Translations under genes and position numbers: made by a program
Shown here: positions 50,801 to 58,768 of the stretch, piece by piece
How positions within the stretch are numbered: the first letter of the stretch is position 1
Layout: every line of letters starts with the position of its first letter
Assembly: GCA_965208025.1 (NCBI GenBank)
Contig: OZ242302.1
Coordinates: 247,485 to 311,484 of the forward strand
Origin: Rhodothermales bacterium
Lineage (GTDB): Bacteria > Bacteroidota > Rhodothermia > Rhodothermales > Bin80
Length of the DNA: 64,000 bases
Reading direction: 5' to 3'
Notes under the pieces: model-generated
Database searches by the model: none
What the model saw: only the letters and a program-made list of their open reading frames with translations
Told to the model about the DNA's origin: nothing

Positions 50801-51086
50801 CCAAGTTGGCCCGATATATTTTGACAAGGCATTCATGCGACTTTATGCCGATGGTGCCAGAGTACTCCCACAGAGTCGTGCACTGCGAAAAGATTTTGGT
50901 GGAGAGTTACGCCTTATGATGGGCAGTTATTATCTATTGCCTACTGCTCTCTTTGTCAGTGTCACCTATGGAATGGATTCATTTGAGATTGAGTTAGATG
51001 ATGGATTCATTGCAACGCAACCTACTGTGAGTTATGGAAGGCAACTGCAATGGCACTTTGGAATACTTTTCGGGTTTGAAACTTAG
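47826..51086 (+). CDS. Large envelope protein: HExxH metallopeptidase-like N-domain + TolB-like PD40 beta-propeller + C-terminal beta-barrel
   Basis: 1086 aa. Signal peptide (VLIGVLVIGAQAQ), VITHEFTHIVQ, and PD40-like repeats (FSPDHSKLAYISN, WRPDGNALAYA, PAWDSTGTRIAYVASDDGTSNLWLLD, FMPDVRSDGTIAYS). The last ~430 aa have an Omp85/surface-antigen-like pattern. ATGA overlap with the upstream gene. Confidence 0.65.
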   Translation: MKWFVCTVLIGVLVIGAQAQISSSQLNFTRPTLEWYRIETEHFIVLFHADKDGRGSSRSAQVAARIAEEVYGPITELYGYEPNSKVHIVLKDYEDYSNGAAFFFDNKIEIWAPALNSPLRGAHDWMRNVITHEFTHIVQIQAAMKSSRSVPFGYLQILDYEDVRRPDVLYGFPNVLVSFPIVGLSNPAWFAEGTAQFQHDHLHYDQWDSHRDMLLRTQVLEHKTLSLSELGSFYSKNSLMREGVYNHGYAFTLYLANKYGMDVLSQISDHLGRWDTWRVEKAIRSATGEDAGEIFTQWLSELESSYQESTAAMSLSFTEETFIESDGYANYFPRFSPDHSKLAYISNKGEYYGRVSLYIRDLTNDTVIAHDLGTLAEEYICSLGHRIKSGVTGGAAWRPDGNALAYARQRTTPEGFLYTDLHLIELDTHASTRLTHDARASQPAWDSTGTRIAYVASDDGTSNLWLLDVKTGETQPITQFQNGTQITGPAWHGEWIYFAQLDPGRHENDLWRIKSDGSESIPVLQTPSDERSPMVAEGELYFSSDASGINNIYKMGSEMPKQLTQVVGGAFMPDVRSDGTIAYSTYKWDGYKIVLLEHPKELESTILYTPPEFLSKPIHEDHSTSDSDIQPLSSEELSEAVAEVQTLGVDSLDISSYGADFTRFTISPVIRLDHYVERRLEGRIQGRAETFWRNLKFGSYFSSREILEGMSLFGGLLLSPGSHDDGQILAPANLLALERDIFLQFDYSKGFRFLPRKWSPQVSIHLFNIQRMVERGLSIEEHPCTACLPEPTYADLTYGLWEGNIYLRSKINRNLALEIGYRYSPYRVTTNRFYSSELADWIPSSSSRYYIGRSYMANAYFEVQAPHRESDIQRTGIQMAASYSREMGRLLDRFDVRDGQLVPVYNSSILHRLRVNLDGGVRLPGQFAGTSHALSFRVEASTLFGKKDDSFYYDYIGGLSGARGYPFYSLGGTETLWLQTSWTFPILPDIKRQVGPIYFDKAFMRLYADGARVLPQSRALRKDFGGELRLMMGSYYLLPTALFVSVTYGMDSFEIELDDGFIATQPTVSYGRQLQWHFGILFGFET

Positions 51087-51104
51087 CAGAAAAGATAGAT
51101 TCGT

Positions 51105-51743
51105 ATGACCTTGGAATTGGTAGTCTGTTCTTCCTTTATTGCGATTAGCCTGGGGTTGCTTTATTTAGTATTACGCAAAAATACTTACCCAATCCCTCGC
51201 GGGCCTTTGCAGTGGATGGTCTCGGTCATGTGTGTATTGGTGGTATGTCTTTCTGGTTTGATTATTGCGCTCACATGGAGTATTCATGAACATTCCCATA
51301 TTGAACCAATTGTTACAGAAGCAGAGTCATTTGAATTCCAGTTAGTTTCCACGGGTGAATCGATGAGTGTCAGTGATTTTGGCGGGAATGTGATTTTATT
51401 AAATTTCTGGGCTACTTGGTGCGCTCCTTGCATTACGGAACTACCTGAACTTGATGAGCTTCAAGTCACTTATCGGGATCGGGGGCTGGTTGTATTGACC
51501 GTTTCGGATGAGGATCTGGATGAACTCCAATTATATGCGGATTTGCTTCCTCAGGAAACGGTTTCCGGGTATGTTGAGCCCGAAGAACTCCCACAATATT
51601 ACCAGAATGAACTGGCATTTGGACGGCCAGTCACCTATGTAATTGACGGTGATGGCACCATTCGTGAACGTATTCGCGGTGCGGGAAATTTTGAGTATTT
51701 TGAAGGTCTCGTCACTCCTTGGCTTGCAGCGTTGGAGTCATAA
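51105..51743 (+). CDS. TlpA-family thiol:disulfide oxidoreductase (membrane-anchored thioredoxin fold)
   Basis: 212 aa. Two N-terminal TM segments, then LLNFWATWCAPC (CxxC). Confidence 0.85.
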   Translation: MTLELVVCSSFIAISLGLLYLVLRKNTYPIPRGPLQWMVSVMCVLVVCLSGLIIALTWSIHEHSHIEPIVTEAESFEFQLVSTGESMSVSDFGGNVILLNFWATWCAPCITELPELDELQVTYRDRGLVVLTVSDEDLDELQLYADLLPQETVSGYVEPEELPQYYQNELAFGRPVTYVIDGDGTIRERIRGAGNFEYFEGLVTPWLAALES

Positions 51744-51746
51744 AGG

Positions 51747-52709
51747 ATGAGGTACATCCTTGTAGTCATTGGGTTTGCCGTCAGTATTCAAGTACAGGCT
51801 CAGCCGCGTGCAGATAGTTTGGCTGAAGTATTCATGAGTCCCACGCGGAGTGTTCCCTTGGCGTTTGGGATGTCTGCAATTCTGCCTGGGGCAGGGCAGG
51901 CCTACAATCAAGAATGGATCAAAGCAGGAATTGCTCTCGCTAGCGAAGCCGCTGTACTCCTGCTTTACAGTTCTTGGCGACAACGGGGCATTGATGGGCG
52001 TGATGCATATCAGATTGATGCACATTCTCATTGGAGTCCGGTGCGTTATGCCTATTGGCTCAACGAGTATACGGATTATCTGAATCAACTACCGGATGGA
52101 AGGCCGATCACAGTTTCGCCAGTGGAGATTCCCGAGTTGCTATTCGGGATCAATTTGAATCAGCCTGACACTTGGACACAATCGGAGCAATTGGCCGTCC
52201 GATCACTCATTTTGGAGATTCGGCGGGTAGAGGGTTCGATTTACCATGCCGAAACTGGGGCTGCGTTTTCGCATGTATTACCGTTTTTTGGTGAGCAGCA
52301 GTACTATGAGTTGATTGGCAAGTATTTCCAATATGCTCCTGGCTGGGATGATTATACAGCCTTGATGCGAGATGGACGAATTACATGGATTGACGAGAAT
52401 GGAAATTATATTGCATCCATTGAACCAGAGGCGGGTGAGGCAGGATCAGTTAAACCTCATGTATCGGCCAGATTTTATCAGTATGCAGATGATCATGGGA
52501 ATGCGAATACCTACCTACGAAGGGCTTCACGGATCACGACGCTACTGATTGTGAACCACATGCTCGCTGCTGTTGATGCGGCTGTTTTCTCCCGAATTCA
52601 CAACCGGCGGATCCAATTTGGTTTAGGATTGATGTCAGATCACCAAGGGAGAGCACATATTGCGCCCCATATGCGTTTTTCTCTGAACTCACACTCTGCA
52701 ATTGAATAA
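51747..52709 (+). CDS. Hypothetical protein, DUF5683-like N-terminal segment
   Basis: 320 aa. Signal peptide, then SAILPGAGQAYNQEWIKAGIALASEAAVLLLY, which resembles the Bacteroidota DUF5683 membrane motif. The rest is unassigned. Confidence 0.45.
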   Translation: MRYILVVIGFAVSIQVQAQPRADSLAEVFMSPTRSVPLAFGMSAILPGAGQAYNQEWIKAGIALASEAAVLLLYSSWRQRGIDGRDAYQIDAHSHWSPVRYAYWLNEYTDYLNQLPDGRPITVSPVEIPELLFGINLNQPDTWTQSEQLAVRSLILEIRRVEGSIYHAETGAAFSHVLPFFGEQQYYELIGKYFQYAPGWDDYTALMRDGRITWIDENGNYIASIEPEAGEAGSVKPHVSARFYQYADDHGNANTYLRRASRITTLLIVNHMLAAVDAAVFSRIHNRRIQFGLGLMSDHQGRAHIAPHMRFSLNSHSAIE

Positions 52710-52790
52710 GGGCCATAGGGTGAAATTCTCCTGGGCTATCTGATATATTTAATTCAACAACAGATTAAACCTTCAGAGATTCCCTGCTAT

Positions 52791-52817
52791 GCTAGTCAGT
52801 ATGTAATACTGACTAGC
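52791..52817. repeat. Perfect 12-bp-arm palindrome at the backbone/islet junction
   Basis: GCTAGTCAGTAT-gta-ATACTGACTAGC lies between two convergent genes (stops at 52709 and 52894). It could be a bidirectional terminator or a recombination/operator site. Confidence 0.6.
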
Positions 52818-52893
52818 TGATGAACATTCATTGATAATTGATAATCAGGTCTCTCTGAATCCCTCAGTAGCACATCGGTTATTACCCTATTGA

Positions 52894-53400
52894 TCAACGA
52901 AAACCACATTCAGTGACCTCAGCATTGCAAATGTATCCATATGTCGAACACTGAATTCTTGACAGGCATCGGGAATTTTTATGGTTTTTTTTGGATAAAG
53001 GTTCTGACTTTTCATTCGTCACAATGATTGCACCCTTAACAAGTGCTAATGCAATGAGCCGGGCATCTGCAGACTTTGCGAATTTTGCTTTAGCCTTTTC
53101 TATGTAGGTTGAATGACTTTGCGCCCACGTTATGATCTTTTTGTAAGCATTAACTACTTCATTGGAACTCTCTTCTAAAAAGAAGCTGGGCGGAAGCTCA
53201 TTTTTTACCCACTGGGATAGATCATCTGTATCATGACTTTGAAGAATTTCTTTTCTGACAGATTGAACACTAAATATTCTCCCTTTCTCATGATATTTAA
53301 GCAGAGTATTCCAGAAGCCAGGACATATATCAAACGAGTAATATCGTCTATGAGCAGTAATCAATGCGTCGGAGTCAACGAGTAAGAGATCCTCTTGCAT
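52894..53400 (-). CDS. DUF4411 (PIN-like nuclease fold) protein
   Basis: Probable start is the ATG at 53400 (MQEDLLLVDSDALITAHRRYYSFDICPGFWNTLL...), which matches the DUF4411 N-terminal consensus as I remember it. The start overlaps the ImmA stop by 1 nt (TGATG). Confidence 0.7.
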   Translation of the reverse strand: MQEDLLLVDSDALITAHRRYYSFDICPGFWNTLLKYHEKGRIFSVQSVRKEILQSHDTDDLSQWVKNELPPSFFLEESSNEVVNAYKKIITWAQSHSTYIEKAKAKFAKSADARLIALALVKGAIIVTNEKSEPLSKKNHKNSRCLSRIQCSTYGYICNAEVTECGFR

Positions 53401-54551
53401 CAAGTGAGTTCTATTCCTAATTTGTTGGCATACTTCTGAAAGGTTCCTCCCCAAAGTCCTGTCAATTCATAGGCTTGTTTGAATCCGATTTTGCCTCCCA
53501 TGGCCGCCCCAATCACATGGGTTGCGAAAAGTTTTCCGACGCGTACATTCTGAGTCTTAAAAAAATCACCTCCAGAAGAAGATGTTCTTCGTAGAGTTTG
53601 TTGGGCGATATAGTTCTCGTAGAATTCAAAATACTCATCTTGCTCAATTAGTTGAAGATCCAGAGTTCTACGTGCAGAAACTATCGGACTAACTTTATAT
53701 TCTCTTGCAAGGATTTGAAAGGGGGATTCTTTTTCTTTGATGTCGTGCCAGCATTTCATCAATTCCTGAGATGGTAGCAGAAATTCGGCCGCAGCGCGGT
53801 TGCACCATTCTTCCACTTCGGTTCCAGCAGGAATCAACCTCTTAAAACCAGATAGCCCACTTTTCCCAAGCCAGATATGCGCCAGTTCGTGGGCAAGAGT
53901 GAACATCTGGGCAGCCTTTGAATCTTTACCATTAACGAAAATCAAAGGGGCATACCGATCAGTGAGGGCAAAGCCTCGGAATTCCTTCACATTCAAACTA
54001 CGATGTGTGTTATTCCCAACGATACCGTTGATCACCACCATCACTCCGAGGTTTTCTATTTCCATGCACAACTTAGTTATCGCTTCTTGCCATGTTCGGG
54101 CTGTTCCAGCCCAACCTTGGTTTAATCCCAACACACCTCTCATCTCAAGCCCAATTCTGTTGGAGTCATCATCAAGACTAGCGCTTCCTGCAAACGGCAA
54201 TGGGCTCGCTTGACATTCAATCATGTAATCATGCATCCAATCTTGCCTATCCTGCATCGCATAGATCGTATCAATGAGATTTGGGCTTGGTTTAGCCAAT
54301 TGTATATCTCGAATCGTACGAAAGTCTTCAATTGGGAGACGTTCTTCGGGAGGCTCATCAAGAAGTAAATAGCCAAGCGGAACGTGGACTGACTTAGCGA
54401 ATTTTTGAAGCTGCTTGAAGGTTGGGAAAATATCGCGGTCACTTTCCCAATCGGGCAATCGCTCAAACTTATTTTTAAGATCATCCAGTGATACCCCTGC
54501 ACGTTCGCGAGCCCAGCGTAGAAGTTCAGGCTTCACAGGTACACGAACCAT
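53400..54551 (-). CDS. XRE-type HTH fused to ImmA/IrrE-family (COG2856, M78) zinc metallopeptidase
   Basis: 383 aa. N-terminal HTH (LLRWARERAGVSLDDLKNKF...FKQLQKFAKSVHVPLGYLL) and HEXXH in FTLAHELAHIWLG. Confidence 0.85.
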   Translation of the reverse strand: MVRVPVKPELLRWARERAGVSLDDLKNKFERLPDWESDRDIFPTFKQLQKFAKSVHVPLGYLLLDEPPEERLPIEDFRTIRDIQLAKPSPNLIDTIYAMQDRQDWMHDYMIECQASPLPFAGSASLDDDSNRIGLEMRGVLGLNQGWAGTARTWQEAITKLCMEIENLGVMVVINGIVGNNTHRSLNVKEFRGFALTDRYAPLIFVNGKDSKAAQMFTLAHELAHIWLGKSGLSGFKRLIPAGTEVEEWCNRAAAEFLLPSQELMKCWHDIKEKESPFQILAREYKVSPIVSARRTLDLQLIEQDEYFEFYENYIAQQTLRRTSSSGGDFFKTQNVRVGKLFATHVIGAAMGGKIGFKQAYELTGLWGGTFQKYANKLGIELT

Positions 54552-54603
54552 TGTCGCTTCAAAATAGGATGGAATGAAATGGGAAGTGGGAACATACTAT
54601 TGA

Positions 54604-54918
54604 CTAAATGTGAGCAATATTGTGCCGATTTGGAATGATAGTATTAGAGCGGCCTTCCGATCATTATTATGAAAGTACTTTGTTATCTCCATCTGCCACT
54701 CATCATTGAAGCTACCCAATTAGTCTATCATTTTTTGAGGATTTGCATTCGTGAACTTCTCCATTCTCTTACCTAATGTATTTCTGGAGTGTAAGGGATC
54801 CGTTTCGACGAGCATGTTCACGAATGATGTAAGAGATGGAAGTTTCGATATACCCAGACACCAGAATACAAAGATATCTGGCATAATCCGCCCACAATTC
54901 AAGATTGTCGGGACTCAT
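54604..54918 (-). pseudogene. Remnant of a small HEPN-like gene (Rx4H motif NRHNIAH) broken by at least two frameshifts and a TAA
   Basis: Hand translation of three frames on the minus strand: MSPDNLELWADYARYLCILVSGYIETSISYIIREHARRNGSLTLQKYIR* / GKRMEKFTNANPQKMID*LGSFNDEWQMEITKYFHNNDRKAAL / NTIIPNRHNIAHI*. Not in the ORF track because every piece is shorter than 60 aa. Confidence 0.5.
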
Positions 54919-54996
54919 TATATTAGGGAATTATATTTTTTTGCTGAAAGACGGCATATAGCCGCTGCTTCATGGTGGTAAACTGTTGATGATGAA

Positions 54997-56147
54997 TCAT
55001 TGAATAGTTTCAAACATTTTTGAAGCGAGTTGCATACGAGTTCGGACCTTACTCTCATCTGAAGTTCTTGCCTTTACTGCTTCAAGAAAGTTATGGTCAC
55101 TGAGCAAATCATCCAGCTTATTTCTAACCGCGGATGGTTCACTTACATAATGTTCTTCAATTCTTTTGGCGATACTAGTCATTACGGAATCAAGGACAGA
55201 AGCATTCAAGACGCCAAAAGGGCCGGAATGCTTTGCGCACCAGGGTTTGATTTACAAAGCGTGTGGTCTTCTCAAATAGATTTTTGAGTTCTTCCTCACT
55301 TTGACACTCGAGATTCCGATTTTTGCTCATATATTTGTTCAGAAAGTCCTTCATTGGCTTATTATACTTACTCCCATCGTAGTAGAATGCAAAGAATCTA
55401 AGGATCATTTCTAAATCCTTAAGTCGATTTGATTTACTACCGTAGAGGGAGCGCCAGTTAGTATCATTGTTGAGTTTTGAGAGTAAATCTGCCAGTTTAC
55501 CATGATAAAGGGCGCTCCTGATTTCTTAAGGTTGTAAACTCATACCCCCCAGAATTCAGACGCTCAAAGATATCATAGACACTACTTTGGTCATCCGTTG
55601 GTTTTAACTGTTTAACCACTATTGAGTGGATGAGGTTATCATCAAGTTTTCTGCGGTCTGAATCGTATAGATCATGATAACCTTTCCCTTGATAATATAG
55701 ATGCACATTCATACCTAATCGAATCTTGCTTTGTGTCTCTCCTGATCCGTAGTATTTAAGTAAGGTAAGTAGCCGTTGCTGACCGTCTAAAATTAGGAAA
55801 CGATTACTTTCATCTTTTACCAAGAAAATATCTGGCACAGGCAACCCAAGAAGGAGGGATTCAATAAATCGATCAGCTTTTGGCTTTGACCAAACATAAT
55901 TTCGCTGAAAACCCGAAATATCGTGATCGTCACTGACATACTCCCCAAACCTAGGGACGAGTATATCCCCTCTCCGAAGTCTCTGAACAAGTAATTCTAC
56001 GGGAAAGTCAGCTCTATGGGAGGGAATATCATACTCGTAGGATATGGTGAGATCTTTCTCCTCTTCGGTGGAATCTTCAATTTCAATATTCACGACGGGA
56101 TCAGATAACGCGTTGTGTTCGTGATTCATTTCTTCAATTGGATCCAT
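54997..56147 (-). pseudogene. DUF262 (ParB-like / GmrSD N-terminal type) gene disrupted by two frameshifts and one nonsense codon
   Basis: Piece 1 (to 55497) carries FQRNYVWSKPKADRFIESLLLGLPVPDIFL...LDGQQRLLTL...FERLNSGG. A +1 shift occurs at the G6 run (plus-strand C6, 55545-55550). Then comes MSLQP*EIRSALYHGKLADLL, with TAA where Q is expected. Piece 2 is 55190..55408. A second shift occurs at a T4 run, before piece 3 (54997..55209). Confidence 0.85.
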
Positions 56148-56901
56148 GGTCGCAATTATTGAGAGGAAGAGGGAACTCCATAAGCGAGTACATCCATATT
56201 GTAAAGACACTTCATTTATATAAGCAGCGTTTTTCGGGTAAAAATTTCTGAATTAGACGTATGGATACAAAATCCATATCTACCCGTTCCCCAGCATCCC
56301 ACCAGAAGTTTGCCACTCTTGATACCGCTCTGAGGCATTTCAGTTTTTTCCAACGTTTCTTTTACTTTTCGCAAAATAATCCAAATTGATCCCAAATTAT
56401 CTTATCAAAGATGAATTTTATGAAGTTGGTTCAGATACCACCCTTGGACTGTCTACTGAGTAACCTGATGAGTATCTTTTTAGGTATCGTTTCAAGAAAT
56501 TTATCTCTCCAACTATACCCTGCGGATAGGGTGAGGGAACCAAACAAATTAAAGCTTGGCTTAGTAGCTGAATGGATTTCAAGAGAATTCAAAATAAAGG
56601 AGAGGAAATGTGCACATTGTAAATAGTAGCGGAGGTAATTCACTTTTGAATAGATTTAATCTAATCATCGCAACGTCTCCTTTCGTATTCAAGTTCACAA
56701 CGTTCTTCCGTGATGTTGTATCTGATCTGGGGTATAGTATTCGCACACAGTTTAGTAAAGTCCAACGGATTGAAGCACAAACTGGCCAAAATCATGTCTT
56801 GGACAACTCACCAAAGGGTCCACAAGAAACCCATAGTCAACTCGTAGATCGTAACTGTGCAGAGATTATACGGCTGATTCCACACCCGTATCCAGAATTG
56901 G

Positions 56902-57342
56902 CTAATGCTCTATGGATGATGGGCTATCTGGCAGTACAATTTTAGGGTAAAGCCATTCCGACAGTTCTTCAAGCGACATCTCTCTCCGAGCAACCGCAGA
57001 GATAGCCTTTACCATGATATTATCATCAACCAATAACACATAACCGCTATTGTAGATAAGAAGATCCGCTAAATAAAGGGCAGTTCTCTTGTTACCATCA
57101 ACAAATCCATGGTTAAAAACAACTCCATGAATCAGTGCAGCAACTTTTTCATGGAGAGTCTCATAATAGCCATGATATGGACGTGCAATGGCTGAACGAA
57201 CGCCATGTTCACTCAGAATTCCAGGTGCGCCTCCGTCAGTTATCGCCCAATCATGAGCACGAAGCACATCGTCCCAAGTGATTTGATAGGTGTGGCTTAC
57301 AGATCTGCCAACATCTCCAGAGCTTTCCGACGTTTTACCCAA
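56902..57342 (-). CDS. doc: Fic/Doc family toxin (death-on-curing type)
   Basis: HGFVDGNKRTALYLADLL is the Fic motif HxFx(D/E)GNKR. ~130-146 aa. The start codon is uncertain (TTG in the track). Confidence 0.85.
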   Translation of the reverse strand: MGKTSESSGDVGRSVSHTYQITWDDVLRAHDWAITDGGAPGILSEHGVRSAIARPYHGYYETLHEKVAALIHGVVFNHGFVDGNKRTALYLADLLIYNSGYVLLVDDNIMVKAISAVARREMSLEELSEWLYPKIVLPDSPSSIEH

Positions 57343-57491
57343 GTTTTTGCAAAGATTCTTTCAGAATTTGGATCAACATTTGGCCCCGGCTTAGCAATTT
57401 TAGGCCCTATAGGTTTTGATGTACCATTGTTCGCAACCTGCGAGGCTTTTTTTGCCTTGGTGTCAGATGTGCTTTGTGTGATTATCGCCAT
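57297..57491 (-). CDS. Putative cognate antitoxin of Doc (small, overlapping upstream ORF)
   Basis: ~64 aa from ATG 57491 (MAIITQSTSDTKAKK...RIFAKTWVKRRKALEMLADL). Overlaps the doc ORF and is in the antitoxin position. No recognisable DNA-binding fold by eye. Confidence 0.4.
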   Translation of the reverse strand: MAIITQSTSDTKAKKASQVANNGTSKPIGPKIAKPGPNVDPNSERIFAKTWVKRRKALEMLADL

Positions 57492-58768
57492 AATATTATG
57501 TTGAAATATACCAGCATGATACATGTTGTAATAAAATCCATGGAGAAAAGTTCCAACTTATTGAAGTTCTGATAGACCAATCATGTATTCATCAAAAAGC
57601 TTTATCCTGCTATTTCACGGAGGATAAAGTGGTATTAGTGTTAGGAAGACTTGACTTGAATCTACCCTAATTCGGGAGCAGAGTAGTATAAAAAACTGGT
57701 ACCGTTACATTTAGTAGGGGAATACTGCGGATGAAGCATATGTCTTGTTCCTGTCCAGTAAATAAGACAAGAATGTTATGGACATGAACAGGCGTGTTTA
57801 GTAAATAGACCAACCGATTTTGATGGATCAAGTCGTTAAGATCGGCACTATGGATGTCATCACTCATGATGTAGAATCGGTTACCTCTTAACGATCGGTA
57901 GAGGATAAAGAAGTCATGAAAACTTCGGAAATTAAATTCTATTGACCTATAAAAGGACTTGAATCCTATCAAGATTGGTTTGGCAATTACCGATATTTGA
58001 GTGTGAATGTGTTAAAAGTAGAATAACTATCCCCAAATCATCATACAATCATTCGTATAGGAAGCACGCATATCCAACCACGTCATGCAATCGGTGAATA
58101 CAAAGAAACTCCACGCGCTTGCGATAGCCACATTAATAATGGTTCCAACCAAACCTCAACTGGAACATGAGGGTTCTCAGCTTCAAGGCGCTGCGTGATT
58201 TCATCTAGTAGTTCCTAACAGTAATATGAACGTAAGTCCAGCGAGTGATTGGCCCATAAGCGGTTGCCTTCAGTATCCTTACACATAGACAATATCACCC
58301 GATTCGGCGTTCTGTGAGGATGTAACGATCTTTGTAAATGGACTTCCATCGTTACAGATGTGATATGAATTAAGGTAGAATAATGCGTGTATGAGTGGTT
58401 GAGGTTGATAAATTATCGTTCAAATCCAGAATCAATCCGAGCTCTTTTTTCCTTGTTTAAACTGGGCTTTGAACTCCCTATTATGAGGCATCCATCGAAT
58501 CCTGATACATCAGGAAACAGTTGATGCAACCAAGTTCTAACTTTTCGTTTCTTCAATGAATGAGACCATCTCGGCATAAATCACTTGGAAGCCGTGGTTC
58601 CTATAATTCTTCATATTTTCCACTCTAATATAGTACTGGTTCAAATAAGCTTCCGTTATCGTGCAATGATATAGATCACTTCCCAGTATCTCTGTTCATT
58701 CCAACGGAAAAAGTAAAGATTTTCTAACCCCCGTCTCTAAGTATCTATCTTTTTGAATATATTTCAAA

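Noticed and set aside
31218-55530. Whether in-frame TAG/TAA codons in defence genes indicate stop-codon reassignment.
   Set aside because: Backbone genes in the window terminate normally on TAA, TAG and TGA at positions consistent with full-length proteins. The in-frame stops are confined to genes that also carry frameshifts or active-site loss. Pseudogenisation is the simpler explanation.
56411-56945. Track ORFs 56411..56626 (+), 56431..56643 (-) and 56610..56945 (+).
   Set aside because: They mutually overlap, have no recognisable domains, and one runs into the 3' end of doc. I treat the region as non-coding or decayed.
57667-58400. Reverse-transcriptase-like motif strings on the minus strand: SFYRSIEF, RFYIMSDDI, LDLRSYYC.
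   Set aside because: The spacing between the putative motif A-like and YxDD-like strings (~27 aa) is far too short. There are two competing motif-A-like strings, and no fingers or palm context is recognisable. This is insufficient to call an RT remnant, so a sensitive HMM search would be needed.
58421-58450. tRNA-like T-loop string CGTTCAAATCC.
   Set aside because: The flanking 5-nt arms are not complementary and no acceptor, D or anticodon arms can be drawn. I saw no tRNA anywhere in the intergenic regions.
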